From Eledone cirrhosa (taxonomy: Eukaryota), in assembly GCA_964016885.1 (NCBI GenBank), contig OZ024755.1:43338001-43402000 (forward strand): 64,000 nt of DNA, given 5' to 3'. The stretch's first letter is position 1. Each line of letters begins with the position of its first letter. A model generated the notes under the pieces. It ran no database searches and had not been told where the DNA came from. It worked only from the letters and a program-made list of their open reading frames with translations. Position numbers and translations under genes: made by a program. This document shows positions 1 to 9,829 of this stretch, piece by piece.

Positions 1-604
1 CTTATTGAAAATAAAGTGGTGAAGATCTTTGATTATTAGAAAATGTTATGAAGAAGTAAAAAAGAAAATATTAGAATCCTTTCAGTCTCTCAATATATCA
101 GATGCTGATAAAATCATCTGTTTAGCTGTTTTGTGCCTGAGATATATTTAATCTTTAGCATGCTAGTCATTTTTATGAGTTGTTTCCCTTGACATTGCAT
201 TATCTATTAAGGGGAGATTACTCATATGGTGCACTTTGTCACCCACAGCATGCTGAAGGTTGAAGAAATCAGAATAATTTTTTAACAATAAAAAAAATAT
301 TAAATGAAAAATTAAACTAAATTAAGCAATTTTCCTTTCATTAAATGATTCCAATTTCTGGTATCAGAAACAAGAACAACAACCATCTGGTTATTTCTCC
401 TTTGTTGTTGCTGGTTTTAAAAGAGGGGAGGGGTAAAAAGTTAAGGAGTTGATTATGAGATTGCAACCAAGGGCTCTATGTTTCCTTCATCTTTCCAATG
501 CTGGTCACAATTCCTGACTGAAGAAAGGGGCAGGATTGGAACTCCAGAACTCATAGCCAGATCAGCTACTACATGGTACATTTTTGCCAATTGCCCCCAC
601 ACCA

Positions 605-705
605 GAACTGGTACATAATAAACCTTAAAAAGGCAAAGTTGGCCTCAGTGGAATTTGAACTCAGAATTTAGAGAGCCAGCAGCGACACTCTGCCAATTCA
701 CTAAC
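605..705 (-). mobile_element. Degraded tRNA-derived SINE fragment (5' head and adjacent body)
   Basis: The minus strand of GGAATTTGAACTCAGAA (~650-666) reads TTCTGAGTTCAAATTCC, a Pol III B-box-like motif. The neighbouring ACTGGTAC...AAAGGCAAAGTTGGCCTC resembles, from recall, the body of common cephalopod SINEs. Boundaries are approximate and internal deletions are likely. Confidence 0.6.
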
Positions 706-764
706 AGACAAGAGTTCTTGTTAATTAGACTTTTATTGTTGTTGCAGTTGTTTTCATTTTTTCC

Positions 765-779
765 TTTTTTTTTTTTTTT
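765..779. repeat. T15 homopolymer within a T-rich low-complexity tract
   Basis: Directly visible run of 15 T. Confidence 0.9.
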
Positions 780-1029
780 CATTTATATTTTGTAGTTAAT
801 ATAAAACCAATTTAATCTTTGACCGAGTCAATTTTGGGAATGGTACCAATGTCTTAGAATCCAGAGGAATGGTTAGCAGTCAATATTTGGTGCCAGTTGC
901 CACTTTGCTGGTGTAATATACCTGCAATAAAAAAATAAAAAAATATTACCAAGTTAAAATCATATTTGCTTAAACCGTTTGATAGCAAACGACTTGGGTG
1001 TAGGCATAAATCATATTACATTGTTTATT

Positions 1030-1257
1030 TTAACCCTTTAATGTTCAAACAGGCGAAAACCGGCCAGAATTCTCTACCTCTTTCTGTTGAAACTGGCTGT
1101 AACTGGTCACTCATACTAATGTTAAGGTATTGTTCTTAAAATAAATACTTTCAAAATCTTATAGATTCGATATTATGTGAGATAATTATGTGAGGTAAAG
1201 CATTTACCATGAAAATATAATAGTATATATAGAGTAATGTGAATGCTAAAGGGTTAA
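1030..1257. mobile_element. Non-autonomous piggyBac-like MITE (220 bp, 1034-1253) flanked by TTAA target-site duplication
   Basis: Left end TTAA|CCCTTTAatgTTC (1030-1046). Right end GAAtgcTAAAGGG|TTAA (1241-1257), whose reverse complement is TTAA|CCCTTTAgcaTTC. CCC...GGG termini with a TTAA TSD are established piggyBac hallmarks. No internal coding capacity. Confidence 0.75.
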
Positions 1258-1605
1258 AGTGTTATATTTATCTAAAACCTTCCATTATGTAAGAAGGCCC
1301 CATTAAAGTATGCTCCAAACACCAACTTCATTATGAGAAGGTTTATTACAAGGGTCTGCTGACCAAGATACTCTCATGGAATGGCCAAATGAGGATTATT
1401 TTTTAACACAGTCCCTGGAAAGAAACAATGCAGTTATTAACAAGATTTTAAGTGAATGTATGCAAGATTTCACAGCTCTAGCATCATTACTTCATAGTCA
1501 GCCTATGAACCTTTCAGCCGACCCTGGTACTAAAGCTCGAGAATGAAGGAGTTATATTTGTTTGTGACTTCATTTGAAACTGTGTTGAAACTAATTACAT
1601 CATGG

Positions 1606-1665
1606 AAGCCTGTCTAACCCATGCTAGCGTGGAAGATAGACATTAAACGATGATGATGATGATGA
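1606..1665 (+). mobile_element. 3' tail of a retroposon (RTE-type LINE or RTE-dependent SINE) ending in (GAT)5
   Basis: TAACCCATGCTAGCGTGGAAGATAGACATTAAAC is followed directly by (GAT)5GA (1649-1665). Short tandem-repeat tails are typical of RTE-clade 3' ends. Severely 5'-truncated; family assignment is from recall. Confidence 0.6.
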
Positions 1666-1750
1666 AGAGTCATTTAAGCTATTCAAAAATAAACAAAAAA
1701 CTGAAATTCACTTTACATTTATAATTTATTTCCTGGTGTCAAAACCTCTG

Positions 1751-2310
1751 TTGCACTGTGGCCTGGTCATTGCACTTTGGCCTGGTCATTGCACTGTGGC
1801 CTGGTCATTGCACTGTGGACTGGTCATTGCACTGTAGCCTAGTCATTGCACTGTAGCCTAGTCATTGCACTGTGGCCTGGTCATTGCACTGTGGTCTGGT
1901 CATTGCAATGTGGCCTGGTCATTGCACTGTGGCTTGGTCATTTTACTGTGACATGGTCATTGCACTGTGGTCTGGTCATTGCACTGTGACCTGGTCATTG
2001 CACTGTGGCTTGGTTATTGCACTGTGGCTTGGTCATTGCACTGTGGCCTGGTCATTGCACTGTGACCTGGTCATTACACTGTGACCTGGTCATTGTACTG
2101 TGGCATGGTCATTGCACTGTGACCTGGTCATTGCACTGTGACCTGATCATTGCACTGTGACCTGATCATTGCACTGTGACCCGGTCATTGCACTGTGACC
2201 TGGTCATTGCACTGTGACCTGGTGATTGCACTGTGACCTGGTGATTGCACTGTGATCTGGTTATTGTACTGTGGCCTGGTCCTTGCACTGTGATTATTGT
2301 ACTGTGGCCT
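1751..2310. repeat. 19-bp minisatellite, consensus CCTGGTCATTGCACTGTGG/A, ~29 copies
   Basis: Head-to-tail 19-bp units are directly visible. The ORF at 1872-2084 is an artefact of this repeat. Confidence 0.97.
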
Positions 2311-2486
2311 CATCATAGCTGCCCATAGAGAGTTCATACTCCTTTTTCACCTAGTTAGAGTCACTATGGCAATACCTCTGACTATCTATCATTCATTATA
2401 ATCTTCATATTTAGATTGGTAATTGTGGTAAATTTACTGCCAGAATTGAAGACGTTCAGGAAATCGATACACATCAACAAACATGT

Positions 2487-2784
2487 GTTTTAAGGTCATT
2501 TCTCTGCTTGACATTAGTTTTACAATCCCATGATGGGCTTCTCAACTTTATCCTGTTGTCAGCATCATTTTCAGCCATGTCATTCTTGGTTTTCTTTTTC
2601 CTTTCATTTCTTCCACATTCATTTCCATCACCGTTTTCACCCAGTCAGTTTCATCCTTCCTCATCACATGACCCAACCATCTCTTCACAATATTCACCAC
2701 TGGTTCTAATCTCACCAACCTCTGCAATCCATTGTTTCATTTCCTCTCTCTCAGTGACATTCTACTCATCCACCAAACAATGGG
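2487..2784 (-). mobile_element. Decayed RTE-clade non-LTR retrotransposon fragment (ORF C-terminus and probable 3' end)
   Basis: Manual translation of the minus strand 2784->2548 gives PIVWWMSRMSLRERK*NNGLQRLVRLEPVVNIVKRWLGHVMRKDETDWVKTVMEMNVEEMKGKRKPRMTWLKMMLTTG*. This matches the conserved RTE post-RT pattern RWMxGVSxxDRxxNxxLR...RLRWxGHVxR...VEGxRxRGRPxxTW. One internal stop (2737-2739). A shifted frame continues as ENDADNRIKLR (DAxDRxxWR-like). Confidence 0.85.
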
Positions 2785-2799
2785 ATATATATATATATA
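2785..2799. repeat. (AT)7A microsatellite at the RTE / unique-sequence junction
   Basis: Directly visible: GGG-ATATATATATATATA-GG. Confidence 0.9.
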
Positions 2800-3743
2800 G
2801 GAAAGGAGTCAGGACCCCGACAGCTGAGCTCTGGCCATTTTGACAACTGGATCCTAACTAAGAATGGCGGGAATTTAGCCGAAATTATCAAGGGATACAG
2901 TCTATATACGGGCATGCAGTCTAAACAAAAACCGCAGAAATATCTAAGCAAAAATTCCTAAAAACTTCTTGTCTGTCAGGGGGAGTGGTCAGTGATCTGG
3001 GATGTCAGATATTAGTTAAAATCCTTCATAGCGGCAGGGGTGCTGAATAACAAAGAGGAGGGTGTAAGAAGGCAGTCTGACCTGTGGATGCCAAGAGAGA
3101 AATCTATACAACTATCTTTCATTTATAGAAACGGTAAACTACAATACAAAGAGATAAGAATATATTTTTATAGTGTAAGAATCAAGGAAAGGAGTTAGAA
3201 AGTTTAAGTTAAGTTTGTCTAATCTAACACTTGGCTAAAGAGCAAAGCATTTATATTTCAATACGAATTTAGTTCCTGATAAAGAAATTTAGTTATCAAT
3301 TACTCTACTGCACAGGAAGCGCACCTCAGTACACTAATTTACTTCGATTATCTTTTATATTCAAACACCCCCAAAATCAATCCTAGTCTAGTAAGGTGTC
3401 ATAGCTATCTGTTCGGCTTGTTCCATAGGGCTGTATGTGTATTTTAACAAGAGTGGAAATACTTTCCACGGCAAAATACCACTCGGGGGGAATCCGTCCG
3501 TGCAATCTATACTCGGAGAAAACGATCCAGATGCTGTTTTAAAAGGATGAACTCGTTAGCATGTAAACACAGGATATAGAGGGCATATCTTAACTTCAAA
3601 CCTCCTCACGACTCAGGTGGGCAAATCTCGGCCTTAATCTCCTTCCCAATTACAAATTAAGACAGAGAGGAAACCCCAAGCATACTTAAGTAGAATTAGA
3701 ATTTTTTCTTGGTTATTTACACATTCTAATTACACTTAGGTGG
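2800..3743. other. Unclassified non-coding, relatively CpG-rich leader of the satellite array (possible terminus of a mobile element)
   Basis: By eye ~20 CpG in 0.95 kb versus ~15 in the preceding 2.8 kb. Sharp left boundary at the (AT)n tract. No recognisable ORF. Element status is inference. Confidence 0.35.
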
Positions 3744-5489
3744 ATCTTTTCCTACTAACACTACAAGAAAGAGTTCCTAATCTTTGCCTACTAAAACTAT
3801 TAGAAAGAGTTCCTAATCTTTGCATACTAACACGATTAGAAAGAGTTCCTAATCTTTGACTACTAACACTATTACAAAGAGTTTCTAATCTTTGCCTACT
3901 AACACTATTACAAAGAGTTCCTAATCTTTGCATACTAACACTATTAGAAAGAGTCCCCAATCTTTGCCTACTAACACTATTAGAAAGAGTTCCTAATCAT
4001 TGCCTACTAACACTATTAGAAAGTGTTCCTAATCTTCGCCTACTAACACTATTAGAAAGAGTTCCCAATCTTTGCCTACTAAGACTATTAGAAAGAGTTC
4101 CTAATCTTTGCCTACTAACACTATGAGAAAGAGTTCCTAATCTTTGCTACTAACACTATTAGAAAGAGTTCCAATCTTTGACTACTAACACTATTAGAAA
4201 GAGTCCCCAATCTTTGCCTACTAACACTATTAGAAAGAGTTCCTAATCTTTGTCTACTAACACTATTAGAAAGAGTTCCCAATCTTTGCCTACTCACACT
4301 ATTAGAAAGACTTCCCAATCTTTGCCTACTAACACTATTAGAAAGAGTTCCTAATCTTTGCCTAATAACACTATTAGAAAGAGTTCCTAATCTTTGCATA
4401 TTAACACTATTAGAAAGAGTTCCTAATCTTTGCATACTCACACTATTAGAAAGTGTTCCTAATCTTTGCCTACTAAGTCTATTAGAAAGAGTTCCAAATC
4501 TTTGACTACTAACACTATTAGAAAGATTTCCAATCTTTGCCTACTAACACTATTAGAAAGAGTTTCTAATCTTTGCCTACTAACACTATTAGAAAGAGTT
4601 CCCAAGCTTTGCCTACTAACACTATTAGAAAGAGTTCCCAAACTTTGCATACTAACACTATTAGAAAGAGTTCCCAAACTTTGCATACTAACACTATTAG
4701 AAAGAGTTGCCAATCCTTGCATACTAACACTATTAGAAAGAGTTCCCAATATTTGCCTACTAACACTATTAGAAAGAGTGTCTAATCTTTGCCTACAAAC
4801 AATATTAGAAAGAGTTCCCAATCTTTGGCTACTAACACTATTAGAAAGAGTTCCTAATCTTTGTCTACTAAGACTATTAGAAAGAGTTCCCAATCTTGGC
4901 ATACTAACACTATTAAAAAGAGTTCCTAATCTTCGCCTACTAACACGATTAGAAAGAGTTCCCAATCTTTGCCTACTAAGACTATTAGAAAGAGTTCCTA
5001 ATCTTTGCCTACTAACAATATTAGAAAGAGTTCCTAATCTTTGCATACTCACAATATTAGAAAGAGTTCCTAATCTTTGCCTTCAAACACTATTAGAAAG
5101 AGTTCCTTATCTTTGCATATTAACATTATTAGAAAGAGTTCCTAATCTTTGCCTATTAACACTATTAGAAAGTGTTCCTAATCTTTGCCTACTCACATTA
5201 TTAAAAATAGTTCCAATCTTTGCCTACTAACACTATTAGAAAGAGTTCCCAATCTTTGCCTACTAACACTATTAGAAAGAGTTCCCAATCTTTGCATACT
5301 AACACTATTAGAAAGAGTTCCCAATCTTTGCATACTAACACTATTAGAAAGAGTTCCCAATATTTGCCTACTAACACTATTAGAAAGAGTTCTCAATTTT
5401 TGCCTACTAACACTCTTAGAAAGAGTTCCTAATCTTTGCCAACTAACACTATTAGAAAGAGTTCCAATCTTTGCATACTCACACAATTA

Positions 5490-8400
5490 GAAGGAGTTCC
5501 CAATCTTTGCATACTCACACTATTAGAAAGAGTTCCTAATCTTTGCATAGTCACACTATTAGAAAGAGTTCCATATCTTTGCATACTCACACTATTAGAA
5601 AGAGTTCCTAATCTAATCTTTGCCTACACACACTATTAGAAAGAGTTCCTAATTTTTCATACCCGCACTATTAGAAAGAGTTCCTAATCTTTGCATACTC
5701 ACACTATTAGAAAGAGTTCCCAATCTTTGCATACTCAAACTATTAGAAAGAGTTGCTAATCTTTCCCTACTCACACTATTAGAAAGAGTTCCTAATCTTT
5801 GCATACTCACACTATTAGAAAGAGTTTCTAATCTTTGCATACTCACACTATTAGAAACATGTCCTAATCTTTGCCTACTAACACTATTAGAAAGATGTCC
5901 TAATCTTTGCATACACACACTATTAGAAAGAGTTCCTAATCTTTGCCTACTAACACTATTAGAAAGAGTTTCTAATCTTTGCATACTCACACTATTAGAA
6001 AGAGTTCCTAATCTAATCTTTGCCTACACACACTATTAGAAAGAGTTCCTAATTTTTGCATACTCACACTATTAGAAAGATGTCCTAATCTTTGCCTACT
6101 AACACTATTAGAAAGATTTCCTAATCATTGCATACTCACACTATTAGAAAGAGCTCCTAATCTTTGCATACTCACACTATTAGAAAGAGTTCCTAATCTT
6201 TGCATACTCACACTATTAGAAATAGTTCCTAATCTTTGCATACTCACACTATTATAAAGAGTTCCTAATCTAATCTTTGCATACACACACTATTAGAAAG
6301 AGTTCCTAATCTTTGCCTACTAACACTACTAGAAAGAGTTTCTAATCTTTGCATAATAACACTATTAGAAAGAGTTCCTAATCTAATCTTTGCCTACACA
6401 CACTATTAGAAAGAGTTCCTAATTTTTGCATACTCACACTATTAGAAAGATGTCCTAATCTTTGCCTACTAACACTATTAGAAAGAGCTCCTAATCTTTG
6501 CATACTCACACTATTAGAAAGAGTTCCTAATCTTTGCATACTCACACTATTAGAAATAGTTCCTAATCTTTGCATACTCACACTATTATAAAGAGTTCCT
6601 AATCTAATCTTTGCCTACACACACTATTAGAAAGAGTTCCCAATTTTTGTATACTCACACTATTAGAAAGAGTTCCTAATCTTTGCATACTCACACAATT
6701 AGAAATAGTTCCTAATCTTTGCATACTCACACTATTAGAAAGAGTTCCTAATGTTTGCATACTCACACTATTAGAAACAGTTCCCAATCTTTGCCTACTC
6801 ACACTATTAGAAGGAGTTCCCAATCTTTGCATACACACACTATTAGAAAGAGTTCCTAATCTTTGCCTACTAACACTATTAGAAAGAGTTCCTAATCTTT
6901 GCATACTCACACTATTAGAAAGAGTTCCCAATCTTTGCCTACACACACTATTAGAAGGAGTTCCCAATCTTTGCATACACACACTATTAGAAAGAGTTCC
7001 TAATCTTTGCCTACTAACACTATTAGAAAGAGTTCCTAATCTTTGCATACACGCACTATTAGAAAGAGTTCCTAATCTTTGCATACTAACACTATTAGAA
7101 AGAGTTCCTAATCTTTGCATACTCACACTATTAGAAAGAGTTCCCAATCTTTGCATACGCACACTATTAGAAAGATTTCCTAATCTTTGCATACTCACGC
7201 TATTAGAAAGAGTTCTAATGTTTGCATACTCACACTACTAGAAATATTTCATAATCTCTGCATACTCACACTATTAGAAAGAGTTCATAATCTTTGCCTA
7301 CTAACGCTATTAGAAAAAGTTCCTAATCTTTTCCTAACACTATTAGAAAGAGTTCCTAATCTTTTCCTACTAACACTATTAGAAAGAGTTCCTAATCTTT
7401 GCCTACTAACACTATTAGAAAGAGTTCCTAATCTTTGCATACTCACACTATTAGAAAGATTTCCCAATCTTTGCATACTCACACTATTAGAAAGAGTTCC
7501 TAATCTAATCTTTGCATATTCACGCTATTAGAAAGAGTTCCTAATCTTTGCATACTCACACTATCAGAAAGAATTCCTAATCATTGCATACTCACGCTAT
7601 TAGAAAGAGTTCCTAATCTTTGCTACTAACACTATTAGAAAGAGTTCCAATCTTTGACTACTAACACTATTAGAAAGAGTCCCCAATCTTTGCCTACTAC
7701 CACTATTAGAAAGAGTTCCTAATCTTTGCCTACTAACACTATTAGAAAGAGTTCCCAATCTTTGCCTACTCACACTATTAGAAAGACTTCCCAATCTTTG
7801 CATATTAACACTATTAGAAAGAGTTCCTAATCTTTGCATACTCACACTATTAGAAAGTGTTCCTAATCTTTGCCTACTAAGTCTATTAGAAAGAGTTCCA
7901 AATCATTGACTACTAACACTATTAGAAAGATTTCCAATCTTTGCTACTAACACTATTAGAAAGAGTTCCAATCTTTGACTACTAACACTATTAGAAAGAG
8001 TCCCCAATCTTTGCCTACTACCACTATTAGAAAGAGTTCCTAATCTTTGCATACTCACACTATTAGAAAGTGTTCCTAATCTTTGCCTACTAAGTCTATT
8101 AGAAAGAGTTCCAAATCATTGACTACTAACACTATTAGAAAGATTTCCAATCTTTGCCTACTAACACTATTAGAAAGAGTTCCTAATCTTTGCATAGTCA
8201 CACTATTAGAAAGAGTTCCTAATCTTTGCATACTCACACTATTAGAAAGAGTTCCTAATCTAATCTTTGCCTACACACACTATTAGAAAGATTTCCTAAT
8301 TTTTCATACCCGCACTATTAGAAAGAGTTCCTAATCTTTGCATACTCACACTATTAGAAAGAGTTCCCAATCTTTGCATACTCAAACTATTAGAAAGAGT

Positions 8401-9000
8401 TGCTAATCTTTCCCTACTCACACTGTTAGAAAGAGTTCCTAATCTTTGCATACTCACACTATTAGAAAGAGTTTCTAATCTTTGCATACTCACACTATTA
8501 GAAACATGTCCTAATCTTTGCCTACTAACACTATTAGAAAGATGTCCTAATCTTTGCATACACACACTATTAGAAAGAGTTCCTAATCTTTGCCTACTAA
8601 CACTATTAGAAAGAGTTTCTAATCTTTGCATACTCACACTATTAGAAAGAGTTCCTAATCTAATCTTTGCCTACACACACTATTAGAAAGAGTTCCTAAT
8701 TTTTGCATACTCACACTATTAGAAAGATGTCCTAATCTTTGTCTACTAACACTATTAGAAAGATTTCCTAATCATTGCATACTCACACTATTAGAAAGAG
8801 CTCCTAATCTTTGCATACTCACACTATCAGAAAGAGTTCCTAATCTTTGCATACTCACACTATTAGAAATAGTTCCTAATCTTTGCATACTCACACTATT
8901 ATAAAGAGTTCCTAATCTAATCTTTGCATACACACACTATTAGAAAGAGTTCCTAATCTTTGCCTACTAACACTATTAGAAAGAGTTTCTAATCTTTGCA
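5490..9000. repeat. Internal duplication in the satellite, offset 2647 bp (~5.5-6.35 kb copied at ~8.15-9.0 kb)
   Basis: Identical 113-aa pseudo-ORFs at 5649 and 8296. Shared rare variants TTTTTCATACCCGC, GAAACATGTCC and GAAAGATGTCC. Confidence 0.85.
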
Positions 9001-9829
9001 TACTCACACTATTAGAAAGAGTTCCTAATCTAATCTTTGCCTACTCACACTATTAGAAAGAGTTCCTAATTTTTGCATACTCACACTATTAGAAAGATGT
9101 CCTAATCTTTGCCTACTAACACTATTAGAAAGATTTCCTAATCATTGCATACTCACACTATTAGAAAGAGCTCCTAATCTTTGCATACTCACACTATTAG
9201 AAAGAGTTCCTAATATTTGCATACTCACACTATTAGAAAGAGTTCCTAATCTTTTCCTACTAACACTTTCAGAAAGAGTTCCTTATCTTTTCCTACTAAC
9301 ACTATTAGAAAGAGTTCCCAATCTTCGCCTACTAACACTATTAGAAACAGTTCATAATCTTTGCATACTCACACTATTAGAAAGAGTTCCTACTCTTTGC
9401 ATACTAACACTATTAGAAAGAGTTCCCAATCTTTGCATACTCACACTATTAGAAAGAGTTCCTAATCTTTGCATACTCACACTATTAGAAAGAGTTCCTA
9501 ATCTTTGTCTACTATCACTATTAGAAAGAGTTCCTAATCTTTGCCTACTCACACTATTACAAAGAGTTCCCAATCTTTGCCTACTCACACTATTAGAAAG
9601 AGTTCCTAATCTTTGCATACTCATACTATTAGAAAGAGTTCCTAATCTTTGCATACTCACACTATTAGAAACAGTTCCTAATCTAATCTTTGCCTACTCA
9701 CACTATTAGAAAGTGTTCCTGACCTTTGCATACTCACACTATTAGAAAAAGTTCCCAATCTTTGCCTACTCACACTATTAGAAAGAGTTCCTAATCTTTG
9801 GATACTCACACTATTAGAAAGAGTTCCTA

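Noticed and set aside
1872-2084. 70-aa Cys/His/Trp-rich ORF
   Set aside because: Translation of the 19-bp minisatellite.
2508-2843. 111-aa plus-strand ORF (Ser/Phe-rich)
   Set aside because: It is the antisense shadow of the minus-strand RTE relic and runs through the (AT)n tract.
2766-2951. 61-aa minus-strand ORF
   Set aside because: Short, non-ATG start, spans the microsatellite junction, and has no recognisable motif.
2799-3195. 11-bp direct repeat AGGAAAGGAGT (2799-2809, 3185-3195) as LTR or TSD
   Set aside because: Short purine-rich match with little extension and no TG...CA termini, PBS or PPT arrangement; plausible by chance.
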